A stretch of DNA of 64,000 bases from a virus (lineage: Duplodnaviria; Caudoviricetes). The stretch spans positions 1 through 64,000 of IMG/VR virus record IMGVR_UViG_3300032038_000005. One strand, written 5' to 3'. The notes under the pieces are model-generated. The model was not told the origin of the DNA and did no database searches. It saw nothing but the letters and a program-made list of their open reading frames with translations. A program made the translations under genes and the position numbers. Shown here one piece after another: positions 40,767-50,267 of the stretch (positions are counted from its first letter, which is position 1; every line of letters begins with the position of its first letter).

Positions 40767-41450
40767 ATGCATTATTCAAATTATATCAAATGCAACAAAC
40801 CGGCGGTCGTAGTACCGCCGACTCCTGTTGTGGAAACGGCACCCCAACAGGTAGAAACACGTACAACGCCGGAGAATGTCGTTCCTCTGGAAAACATTCC
40901 CTCCGTGAATCCCGACCAAGTACAGCTTGACATTCCAGTGATGGCACCACCGAATCCCAAAGTGACAAATCTCGTGCAGAACAATCCGATTGTAAATAAG
41001 ATGGAACAGATTCTGACGAATGGAAATCCCATCACAACCATGAAGCTGAATAAGATTCTGGGATATATGATTGATGAAGCAGAGGGAAGATTGTCCGAAC
41101 CGGAAACGATGTTGGATGAAGACGAGGCAAACACCGTGATGGAATATCTCATTCATCTGCAGGACACATACTTCGAAAATATCCCATTAACAGAACAGCC
41201 GTCCAGATTGTTTGTCTGGAATATCCCCAAACAGTTGTACAATGCAATGTGCAAAGCCATTGAAGAAGAACAGCCCGACATCTTCAATCCGATGTTCTAT
41301 TTTTACTTGTCTATGACGGACTATCCGGGACTTGCAGTGGCACATTATCTGCATATCATGATTGATAACGGCTATGACAATATTCAGACAGTGAAACAAC
41401 TGGAACAGCAGTATCTCTCCATGGTCGAAGAAGTGGATGACGATGAGTGA
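40767..41450 (+). CDS. Hypothetical protein with a P-rich disordered N-terminus
   Basis: GAAAGGAG SD; PTPVVETAPQQ region followed by a helical domain. Confidence 0.75.
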   Translation: MHYSNYIKCNKPAVVVPPTPVVETAPQQVETRTTPENVVPLENIPSVNPDQVQLDIPVMAPPNPKVTNLVQNNPIVNKMEQILTNGNPITTMKLNKILGYMIDEAEGRLSEPETMLDEDEANTVMEYLIHLQDTYFENIPLTEQPSRLFVWNIPKQLYNAMCKAIEEEQPDIFNPMFYFYLSMTDYPGLAVAHYLHIMIDNGYDNIQTVKQLEQQYLSMVEEVDDDE

Positions 41451-41457
41451 ACCCAAT

Positions 41458-41488
41458 ATGGGCGGGAAATTCCCGCCCATTATTTTTA
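41458..41488 (+). terminator. Intrinsic terminator
   Basis: ATGGGCGGGAA/TTCCCGCCCAT stem followed by TATTTTTA. Confidence 0.75.
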
Positions 41489-41510
41489 TTGATTAGAAAG
41501 GATGATTCTT

Positions 41511-42125
41511 ATGTCAACAATTCCGAATGAACTCAAAAGCAAACTTAACAAGTTAAACTTCACCGAAGTAGATGGCAAACCCGTGAAAGAAGAAGGTTCC
41601 ATTGAAGCTGACCACGATATCAAGATGGATGGCGAATTTCATCAGTTTGAGGGTGGTGGTATTCGTTACACTAAAACAGGTAAAGGCAGATTTGATTTAA
41701 TCCCATGGGATGTGATCATGAATATTGTATATCTGACTGCGGACTCTATGGATGATATGGATACTGTGTACACCTTCCCCAATCTGTTAATGTCACTTGC
41801 AGAACAAGATGTCGTTGATGTGATCCGTTACATCACGGCAATCAAATATGGCGAGAACCATTATACGTCTGGAGCAGTCGCCATGATGCTTCGTGATTTG
41901 GCCAAACATTACGAAAAAGGTGCTGATAAATACGGGGTCGACAATTGGAAGAAAGGAATTCCCAGTGACAGCTTCTGGGATTCTGGATGCCGTCACACCA
42001 TGCAGTATATTTGTGGAGAAACAGATGAACCACACTACATCTCCGCCATCTGGAATATGATTGGATATTTGTGGGTAGAAGATAATTATGGTGTGTCCGC
42101 TGTAGAAGAAAATAGTAATGAATAA
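41511..42125 (+). CDS. dATP/dGTP diphosphohydrolase domain protein (DUF5664-like)
   Basis: GKGRFDLIP...GADKYGVDNWKKGIP...DSGCRH...DEPH..AIWN signature. Confidence 0.82.
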   Translation: MSTIPNELKSKLNKLNFTEVDGKPVKEEGSIEADHDIKMDGEFHQFEGGGIRYTKTGKGRFDLIPWDVIMNIVYLTADSMDDMDTVYTFPNLLMSLAEQDVVDVIRYITAIKYGENHYTSGAVAMMLRDLAKHYEKGADKYGVDNWKKGIPSDSFWDSGCRHTMQYICGETDEPHYISAIWNMIGYLWVEDNYGVSAVEENSNE

Positions 42126-42159
42126 ATATATCATTCATGTGAAAGCGAGGTTTTAAAAT

Positions 42160-43068
42160 ATGTTTGTCACATCCAAAAGATGCTTCATTAATTGTGTTGC
42201 CCAGTTCATGGACTTACGACAGATTGCCGAAGCCAACTATTATATCTGTGATGTCTCCAGCGGTAATCGTAGTGTCACATTCAATAAAGAAGTGGTGTAT
42301 AATGAAGATGGTACCAGTTATATCAAGGAGACACCCGTTGTACAGTCGCCCAGCATCTCCAGATTCCATGTGGTATATTCCAATGGTTCCTTAGACCCAC
42401 GTCAGCATGTGTTGAATGGTGCAATCGGTATTGATGCCAGTCAGATTCAGGAAACTGATGCACTGAAAATCTATCAGAAGTATCTGATGCAGCCGGAGAC
42501 AATCGGTGATGTCTACAACTGGTTCTATGATGAAATGAACAAGCCGGTTGGAAATGGATTGATGTTCTTGGTCATTAACGACGACCAGAATGTCCGCGTA
42601 TTTGGTCACACGATTTGTGAGTTCTTGGCAAATTTCATGGGTGAGGATATTGAATTCATTGATGTACAGATGAGACCACAACTGATTCCGGGTTATCCCA
42701 AGTATGCGGGAAACAAAGCACAGGCGGAACGAATCTTAAGAGACCAGCGGGATTATGCATTGTATACACATGTCACGCAGATGATATCTTCCATCGGCTA
42801 TCGGGAATCCAATGAGAATCTGATGACATTCTTAAGTACGTTAAATCCGAATGGATTGATGCATGTGTATGAATTGCTGTTTCCAACACAACCGTTACCT
42901 CCGGGTAACTATACAACAGACCAGGTGAAACGAATCATTATCGGTAAGATTATGGAACGTATCGAACCAATGGAAGCAGCAATGCCAAATATTCACACAA
43001 GCAATCATTATCTTGATTCCTTGATTGATGAAATCGACCGTCTCGACAGAGGCGGTAAACCGTGGTAA
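42160..43068 (+). CDS. Hypothetical protein (302 aa)
   Basis: GAGG SD; long ORF followed by a terminator. Confidence 0.75.
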   Translation: MFVTSKRCFINCVAQFMDLRQIAEANYYICDVSSGNRSVTFNKEVVYNEDGTSYIKETPVVQSPSISRFHVVYSNGSLDPRQHVLNGAIGIDASQIQETDALKIYQKYLMQPETIGDVYNWFYDEMNKPVGNGLMFLVINDDQNVRVFGHTICEFLANFMGEDIEFIDVQMRPQLIPGYPKYAGNKAQAERILRDQRDYALYTHVTQMISSIGYRESNENLMTFLSTLNPNGLMHVYELLFPTQPLPPGNYTTDQVKRIIIGKIMERIEPMEAAMPNIHTSNHYLDSLIDEIDRLDRGGKPW

Positions 43069-43075
43069 GTTGTGA

Positions 43076-43107
43076 ATAGTGGGGCATATGCCCCACTATA
43101 TTTTTTT
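43076..43107 (+). terminator. GGGGC-ATAT-GCCCC intrinsic terminator
   Basis: ATAGTGGGGC-ATAT-GCCCCACTAT followed by T7. Confidence 0.8.
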
Positions 43108-43123
43108 GTTTGGAGATGATGTT

Positions 43124-46054
43124 ATGGCAATGATAGAAGAAAAGACAAACAATCCCATGTCGGAATATCTGTTGAAATTACAATTGATTGTATCCAATAC
43201 CGAATTTATGAACAAAGAAGAATCCGACAAATATGAGACAATGGAAACTCGTATGAATGGTGAAGCATATGTAAATGCGATATTGAAAAAAGATGAATTC
43301 GATTCATATGATTGGTCAGATGTTGCATTAAAGCGCGCATTTAATGAATTACATTATCCAGATGACTTAATTCGGAAATACATTTTTCATCCAGAATATA
43401 TCCCAACAAACGTGAAAAATGCATTGACGGAGAAAGCACGAGCTGTTCGTATTGAAACATACAAAGAGCAAAACAAATACCACATAAACTTGACGGGGAA
43501 ACCATTAGAGGGAGTAGATCCCGATATTCCAATTCCCGATGATTTTTTTGCAATCTATGCAAAAGAAGGTAGTATCCATAAAGATCAATTGGTTCATACT
43601 TTGCCCGCAAAATACATGGAACTCTTTATGAATTCAAAATACTATAAAGAGATGCTACAGCAATATCCACATGTGGAATATTTGAGACATATGGGAACAT
43701 ACTCCATTCCCATTGAAATCTCTCGTCGTGCACGTGATGGGGATATTCTATTAATTAATGAATCTAAGCTACATACGCATCATGAGACATTTGGAAATGT
43801 ATCTGTTTCTCCGGAAATTGTTCATGAATTCACATCGGTTTATAAGAAGACACAACGTTATATCTACGGGACATTGCGAGGTGATTTCTCTTACATCTAT
43901 CCGAATTATAATTCCTTGATTCGATACTTGTCAATCTATATGACAATTGGACAATGTATGAATCAATTCATGCACAAATCTACCAAGTTGATTTACATGA
44001 ATAACCAAATTGCGAATGATTATTTTTCATTATATGGATTACCATCTGTCTTGATGGAGATGAATTCATTAACAAAATTCTTGAAAAAATTTCGGTTACT
44101 GTTAATGGACAAAGGAACAAATACTGTGTATCGAGTGAAAGACTTGATTGGTTATGAATATACGGATATCTACACATTGGTCATGGTAAAACAACAGGTG
44201 TTTGAGAATGGATATCCCATTTATTACAAAGATCCAGAGACTGGAAAATCGGTACCAAAACAGAATATCGTGTTTCGAAGAATGGGGACAGCTGATGACA
44301 ACGCTTCTTATTTCCAATTTAAGAATGAGACAAAGTCTTATACCGTAGAAGAAATTACATCAGGAGATCCTCGATGGTGGAATACACCAGAAGTAGAACG
44401 AATGATCAATGATATGAATTATACCTTATCCAATTCAAAGTATATTCAATTATCCACCATGATGAGTATGGATGATATTTGGTGGCAGACTTGCATTCTG
44501 TTACGTGGTTTATTAGACCATAAGAATGAAACGAAGTATACAGAAATTGAGATTTCACAGTCCGTCAATGGAACATCCACCATCAGCGTCTTTGATGCTG
44601 TTCTATTGCTAATCATTATGATGACTTGGAGCCATACGGATTTCAAGAACAATCATTTTGATGGAAACTTACATATTCCGAATGGAATGTTTAACAATGT
44701 CGCAACTTGTGTTGACATGTTATTCAATGGATTGGAAGCAGATGGTACTCCGAAGGAATTAAAACCCGGATTACCGTACAAAGTCGCCTCATTCAATTTC
44801 AATATCAAGAATGAATCGATCAAGAAATACAATGCCTTATCGACATATGCATATCTTGTTCCTGACATATTCATGCCAATGTTGGATACAATCTTAGAGC
44901 GTGAGTCTGCAAATATTGGAGAAGTCCTCATGCATGACGTTAAATTGTTATATGACTATTTGGGAACGAAATTAAGAACAGCATCAACCATTCATGAATT
45001 CCGTCAAGTTACAGATGCTTACAATTGGCTATTCTTGGTTGATCCCTTACGTGACTGGTCGGATGACACACAACAGAATGTGGAAACATTACTCATGCAA
45101 TCTTATGAGTTGAAATCCTATGAGTGGTATGCATTCAAGCATCTATTCCTTGGAAATGAATCATCCAATGCATCTATTCCATTCTTCTATAATGATGCGA
45201 CATCACCAACACAAATTCCCGTATATCGACTTTTAAATGAGAATGTATTGCAAGTGGATCCCGCATTCTCCAATCCAGACTACATGAATCAATTCATTAC
45301 TACTGTTGGAAAATGGAAATCCGAATTGATTGAACGATCTGATCTGTCAAATATGATCAAGATGCATTATCAATCCATCATCCAAGATAAAGTCTTATTG
45401 GATGTCTCCAATTCACAATATGGACCAAAATCATTTGAAGCATTGCTATTCCGAAACAATCCTACATTATATCGTGGATTACAACAGATGAAAGCTGACG
45501 GAGATCAACTGTTGATTCTGATGCGGTCGATCATCCGTGCTTTGGAATCGTATGCCAATCATCCACTCCCCGCATTGGAGTTTGAAGCAACGGGAAAAGA
45601 TCAGTATATCAATATCTTGAAAGAAGTCATCACTTACTTTAAATCATACATGGTAGAATTTACTAAGAGTGAGTTTCGATATCTCATGGGTGGGTTATTT
45701 GATCACGGTGGAAATTCGAATATGCTATTATTGTTTGATGAGATCAATCATATCACATTACGCATTTTACCTCGAGATGCATTACATTTGTATGATGTGT
45801 CATGTGCAAAAGCGCGAGTCATTGTCAAAGAGGATCTCTCGAAAATGTTATATGATGAAGCACTATTCCAAATCAAAACGACATACAAAAAATTGAAATC
45901 CTCACCATATGAATTGTGGTTTGATAATGGAGAGTGGATTGATCAACAACCGTTTGATGACTTAACGGATGATTCGGTAATCATTGCAAAATTAACCAAT
46001 GACAATTCGGGGACATACAAAATCATCATCAACAAAGAAAATGTGTTAAATTAA
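43124..46054 (+). CDS. Virion structural protein, probable baseplate wedge subunit (976 aa)
   Basis: YKEQNKY..LTGKP and LLMDKGT motifs resemble jumbo-phage wedge proteins; AT-rich codon usage. Confidence 0.55.
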   Translation: MAMIEEKTNNPMSEYLLKLQLIVSNTEFMNKEESDKYETMETRMNGEAYVNAILKKDEFDSYDWSDVALKRAFNELHYPDDLIRKYIFHPEYIPTNVKNALTEKARAVRIETYKEQNKYHINLTGKPLEGVDPDIPIPDDFFAIYAKEGSIHKDQLVHTLPAKYMELFMNSKYYKEMLQQYPHVEYLRHMGTYSIPIEISRRARDGDILLINESKLHTHHETFGNVSVSPEIVHEFTSVYKKTQRYIYGTLRGDFSYIYPNYNSLIRYLSIYMTIGQCMNQFMHKSTKLIYMNNQIANDYFSLYGLPSVLMEMNSLTKFLKKFRLLLMDKGTNTVYRVKDLIGYEYTDIYTLVMVKQQVFENGYPIYYKDPETGKSVPKQNIVFRRMGTADDNASYFQFKNETKSYTVEEITSGDPRWWNTPEVERMINDMNYTLSNSKYIQLSTMMSMDDIWWQTCILLRGLLDHKNETKYTEIEISQSVNGTSTISVFDAVLLLIIMMTWSHTDFKNNHFDGNLHIPNGMFNNVATCVDMLFNGLEADGTPKELKPGLPYKVASFNFNIKNESIKKYNALSTYAYLVPDIFMPMLDTILERESANIGEVLMHDVKLLYDYLGTKLRTASTIHEFRQVTDAYNWLFLVDPLRDWSDDTQQNVETLLMQSYELKSYEWYAFKHLFLGNESSNASIPFFYNDATSPTQIPVYRLLNENVLQVDPAFSNPDYMNQFITTVGKWKSELIERSDLSNMIKMHYQSIIQDKVLLDVSNSQYGPKSFEALLFRNNPTLYRGLQQMKADGDQLLILMRSIIRALESYANHPLPALEFEATGKDQYINILKEVITYFKSYMVEFTKSEFRYLMGGLFDHGGNSNMLLLFDEINHITLRILPRDALHLYDVSCAKARVIVKEDLSKMLYDEALFQIKTTYKKLKSSPYELWFDNGEWIDQQPFDDLTDDSVIIAKLTNDNSGTYKIIINKENVLN

Positions 46055-46065
46055 GAATATGATGA

Positions 46066-46087
46066 TCCGGGGGCATATGCCCCCGGA
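46066..46087. terminator. Terminator hairpin between convergent units
   Basis: TCCGGGGGC-ATAT-GCCCCCGGA. Confidence 0.7.
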
Positions 46088-46094
46088 ATCAAAT

Positions 46095-46268
46095 TCATTT
46101 TGTAATATCAATTGTGTGGACAATATGAGAATACTGTCCTGGTTGGATACTATGAGAGATTAAGAACATCTGTTCCATTTTCAGTGTCGCCATAATTTCT
46201 TGTAACATCAATACGAACACATCTCTCATTCCTGCATCAATATACGCGTCCAGCTCATCGACCAAACA
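46095..46268 (-). pseudogene. Orphaned second copy of the sbcC 3' end (57 codons plus stop; no SD/start of its own)
   Basis: Translates to CLVDELDAYIDAGMRDVFVLMLQEIMATLKMEQMFLISHSIQPGQYSHIVHTIDITK*, with Walker B, D-loop and H-loop. It aligns without gaps to the last 57 aa of SbcC, 24/57 identical by hand count. Confidence 0.88.
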
Positions 46269-47727
46269 TTCAGAAATATAAAGATGTAATATCTTTCCAA
46301 ACAGCTTTATTTCTTATTTTATTTACGTCATAATATTTTATTTGATCATATCCCTCATCTTTTAATATATTTAATACAATCGATGTTTTCATATTATTTT
46401 CAATTAAAAGTTTACATATATGATGTACATCTTCTTCCGATATCTTTCTATTTAAATTTTTGAATTCAAATGGCTCAAATTTATCAGTAATATCTTTATA
46501 TGTATGCTTATTCTTTATATTTTTAATGTCCCCATATGAAACGTCATGAATGTCATATATGTTTTTTAATGTATTTAACACCGTCTTTGGGTTACCCTCT
46601 GTTTCTGGAGAACAAAGCAGTTTCCATATTAATTCAACCAATTCAGACGAAAATCTCTGATGTAATTTAGGGAATTTTGCATCAGTAAGTTGTTCTGTTA
46701 TACTCGCATATGCATCTTTTCTCTTTATCGCATTAACATGTCCAATGTTTATATAATGATATCCCATTGAGTGTAAGATCTTAAGGGTCTTCATCATACT
46801 ACCAGATGTCTTTTCAGATTGTAATAAATTCCATATGAGTTTTACATCATCTTTACTCAAAATCGTTTTATTAAGTTCTGTCATTCTGGCATGCTTCAAA
46901 TTATCACTACAGGAACACCATTCCAAATTTTTCCAATAATTATTTATTTTACAACCATCAATATGATTCACTTGTAGACTTTCGTAATCGTCAATGGGAT
47001 TTAAGAATTCAAAAGCGACTAATCTGTGAACGCTAACGGTATAATGTGATCCATTAATACAAATACAACGTTTTGAATATCCATTTGCATCAATATAATT
47101 CGACATTAATTGATTACTGTGTGTGCTATATACATTTCCAAAATTTGATATTCGATAATCCTCAGTCTTATATTTCGGATACGATATTAATTTCCATTCC
47201 TCGACGTCTTCTTCCCATCTGAGATTATCAACATGATTGTTTCTGTTATCTCCGTCTATGTGAACAACTTTAACACGTTTTCCGACTAATTCTTCTGGAA
47301 CCGGAATAAATGTCATAGCGAGTAAGTCATCAATTGGGAATAATTTCATTTTAGGAATAGGTGGACCATTAGATGTGTCCACCTTTAACAGAAACATTGC
47401 AAAATCATACCCATTTGTAGAATGATAAGATGCCTCGTACGGAGTGAGCGTTTCATCTGTCAATGCTCTGATTCTTCCCAGTGTTGATAATTCAAAACCA
47501 TGCTGAATTTCTTCATGGATTAAAGCTTTCCAAATTTCTCTCATAAATGAACCTCAACTTTCAATCTTTAATTGGTAAACACAATTATCATATTGATCTC
47601 CTTCAATATGATGTGATACCACGAAACACTGTTCAATTTTCATAGTATTCATTACATTTTGTAACATCATGACGTATAAATTAGACTGTTCCATATCGAG
47701 ATATCCATCGCACTCATCTACTAAAAA
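46269..47727 (-). mobile_element. HNH cassette carrying a replacement sbcC 3' end
   Basis: Bounded by two colinear copies of the sbcC C-terminus; the junction falls just before Walker B. Confidence 0.75.
46270..47544 (-). CDS. Free-standing HNH homing endonuclease (tandem NUMOD4-HNH modules plus 3 C-terminal repeats)
   Basis: Intact VHRLVA...VNHIDGCKINN...NLEW module. The first module has IDDLLA in place of VHRLVA. The gene is markedly AT-rich. Confidence 0.88.
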   Translation of the reverse strand: MREIWKALIHEEIQHGFELSTLGRIRALTDETLTPYEASYHSTNGYDFAMFLLKVDTSNGPPIPKMKLFPIDDLLAMTFIPVPEELVGKRVKVVHIDGDNRNNHVDNLRWEEDVEEWKLISYPKYKTEDYRISNFGNVYSTHSNQLMSNYIDANGYSKRCICINGSHYTVSVHRLVAFEFLNPIDDYESLQVNHIDGCKINNYWKNLEWCSCSDNLKHARMTELNKTILSKDDVKLIWNLLQSEKTSGSMMKTLKILHSMGYHYINIGHVNAIKRKDAYASITEQLTDAKFPKLHQRFSSELVELIWKLLCSPETEGNPKTVLNTLKNIYDIHDVSYGDIKNIKNKHTYKDITDKFEPFEFKNLNRKISEEDVHHICKLLIENNMKTSIVLNILKDEGYDQIKYYDVNKIRNKAVWKDITSLYF

Positions 47728-50082
47728 TACATTGTAGTGTGTTAATGACGAAGCCAACGACAATGACAGTGCCAATGATAATAACGTACTCTCAGACTGA
47801 GAACCTGTACGAATGTCTTCAGATTTGTTGGTTCCACAACGGAATGGAAGTGTAAACGTGGTTTCATCAATGGTGGGTTTCAACAATTCAATTTCACCAT
47901 CGTACATCACATCCAACAATCTATTTGCCATGCTTAATGCTTCGGAGATTTTGTCACGAATGGCAATGACGGGTTTTCCCTTGGTGGATGAGGTTGCTTC
48001 GGAGATAATCTTATAACGTTCATCCATGGTCAGATGTTTCTCAATCTCGTCAACGGTTCTGACATATTGTTTATCCGCATTCTCCAGTGTTTCCAACTGT
48101 TTTGCAACAATCTGTACATGAGACTGGATTTGGACATACTGCTCATGGAGTTGACCATATTCCAATTCTGCATTTGACAATTGGGTTTGTTGACGATTGA
48201 GTTTATCATATCGAACTTGCACATCTCCAATGTCAATGTTCTTGATGGATGATAATAGTACCTTCTTTCTGTCAATTTCAGATAATGCTTGTTTGTATTC
48301 GTTTACCAATCTTTCACAATCGGAAATCTGTTGCTGTAATTCCGCAATCTGTTTCTCCAATACTTCAATGGGAACATCACCATTTGTTGTGTCATTCTGC
48401 ATCAGATATTCAATATCTTTAATACGTGCTTCCACATCACTCAGTTGTTTGATGAGTTGGTTATAGTGTTCTTTGTTAACGGCAATCTCCATCCATTTCT
48501 TGATGAAGTCTTCATCGATACCTGAATGACCGTTTTTCAATCGGATTAACACACTCTTTTCACACATATCATTTTGCAGTTCTACCGGAATCTCGATCCG
48601 AAGTAAACGACAAATGGTCTGATAATTCTTCCATGCATGTTCGATGTTCTCCAAATCATACATGGTGAACTTTCCTCTGGATACAGATTCATATGAATCA
48701 AAGTATTGATGCAGGCGTTCAAACGTATTCCGATATAAGCAATTGGGATAACGACAATCCTGTTCTGATACCAAATCTCCACCAACAGAACTCAACATAT
48801 GACGAAGTCGAGAGATAGCACTCTTCTCTTTTTCAGAGTCTAATAACACACTACTTTCTTGCATCAGAAATGCATTGACATCAATTCCCTTTAATAGCAT
48901 ATCACAGAACAATTCCAGATGTTCTTTACTCAAACACAATGTGATTTCTTTACATGTGTCATTGACAGATTTGGCAATAGACAACATACTGGAGAAGACA
49001 GCAGATGAAGCTTGTACATCCAAATCTCCAATCTGTAATTGAGCAATCTCATGTTCCAATCGCTCTTTCATCTGTACCATGTTCTGATAATCCCCAATGA
49101 TTCTTTGACGAGACATCATGTTTGTTTGGAGATGATTCTTTTTCTCATATACGGCATCTAAGTCTTTCATGAGTAACATTCGCTGGCTACTTACTTTTCC
49201 CATCTCATCTGTCAATCGCAACTGTTCTTCCATCAAACTCTCATACAGATTCATGTCATACTGTCCCAATTCCGCAACGACATTTTTGTATGTTACCAGC
49301 TTATTTTGCAACTCCATCAGTTCATTTCCTAAATTCAGTTGCCGTAATGACGTAATCATTCCTGTTAATTGGTCAAGCCGTGTTTTCATCTGTTGCATGG
49401 ATTCTGTCAATGACACATGTTGTACACGAGTTTGTTCCAGTGTCGTTCTCAATGTTTCATATGAGCCATAGCTCTGCAGCAAGAATTCCTTTGTTCTGGT
49501 TAATGACGTAATCAGCTTGCTGGTGTAACGATAATCTTCCGTGGCCAATTTGTGAATCTTGTCGTAGATATCGATCCCCATTGCTTTGTTCATTAATGTC
49601 TTACGCTGTGTTGCGTTCATATTGGCAAACGATGTCAACTGTGTTCCATTGATAATAAATTGGAATACATATCGATTTAAACCAAACACCTTTTCCACAA
49701 CAGCATTGAATGTATTCACACCACCGTTTGCATTTAACTCCACACCGTCTTTCATGATACTGGATACGACGGTATGGCCATTCTTGTTCGGGTTATAGGT
49801 GTGGGTGATATTGTATACTTCTCCATTTACTTCGTAAACAATATTCTTAATCCCGATTTCACCTTTGAGAATCTGAGGCATGTCATTCCGTTCATCCCCA
49901 TTCAGATTCACCGAAGAGAACGGATGTAACTTCTGTAACAGTACAGTTTTCCCACAACGATTTCTGCCATAAATCTGAATGATGGGTTTGTCGATTCCGT
50001 CGAAATGGAATTCCACTTCATGCTTCCCCATTGCCGCATACACGTCAGCAAAGTTCACCAATTTAATATATACGATTTTCAT
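47554..50082 (-). CDS. sbcC: SbcC/Rad50-like SMC-family ATPase
   Basis: Walker A GRNRCGKT, long coiled coils, CxxxxC hook-like centre, signature-like SQSE, Walker B FLVDE and H-loop VSH. Confidence 0.88.
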   Translation of the reverse strand: MKIVYIKLVNFADVYAAMGKHEVEFHFDGIDKPIIQIYGRNRCGKTVLLQKLHPFSSVNLNGDERNDMPQILKGEIGIKNIVYEVNGEVYNITHTYNPNKNGHTVVSSIMKDGVELNANGGVNTFNAVVEKVFGLNRYVFQFIINGTQLTSFANMNATQRKTLMNKAMGIDIYDKIHKLATEDYRYTSKLITSLTRTKEFLLQSYGSYETLRTTLEQTRVQHVSLTESMQQMKTRLDQLTGMITSLRQLNLGNELMELQNKLVTYKNVVAELGQYDMNLYESLMEEQLRLTDEMGKVSSQRMLLMKDLDAVYEKKNHLQTNMMSRQRIIGDYQNMVQMKERLEHEIAQLQIGDLDVQASSAVFSSMLSIAKSVNDTCKEITLCLSKEHLELFCDMLLKGIDVNAFLMQESSVLLDSEKEKSAISRLRHMLSSVGGDLVSEQDCRYPNCLYRNTFERLHQYFDSYESVSRGKFTMYDLENIEHAWKNYQTICRLLRIEIPVELQNDMCEKSVLIRLKNGHSGIDEDFIKKWMEIAVNKEHYNQLIKQLSDVEARIKDIEYLMQNDTTNGDVPIEVLEKQIAELQQQISDCERLVNEYKQALSEIDRKKVLLSSIKNIDIGDVQVRYDKLNRQQTQLSNAELEYGQLHEQYVQIQSHVQIVAKQLETLENADKQYVRTVDEIEKHLTMDERYKIISEATSSTKGKPVIAIRDKISEALSMANRLLDVMYDGEIELLKPTIDETTFTLPFRCGTNKSEDIRTGSQSESTLLSLALSLSLASSLTHYNVFLVDECDGYLDMEQSNLYVMMLQNVMNTMKIEQCFVVSHHIEGDQYDNCVYQLKIES

Positions 50083-50267
50083 ATGCAAAACCTCCATTTT
50101 TTTATTTTAAGACATATATACTATTTTCCTGATAACACCCTAATGATGTATATTTAAAGATAAAAAATATATTTTAGATATACATAATATTCACATGAGA
50201 CAAGCAGGTATCACCCTGTTGTCATATATCAAATCTATATCTCTATATAAGAAAGGAAAGATGCTCA

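Noticed and set aside
46269-47727. HNH region as a group I intron or intein
   Set aside because: No P7/core sequences or terminal G are present, and sbcC has its own complete end and stop codon before the HNH start.
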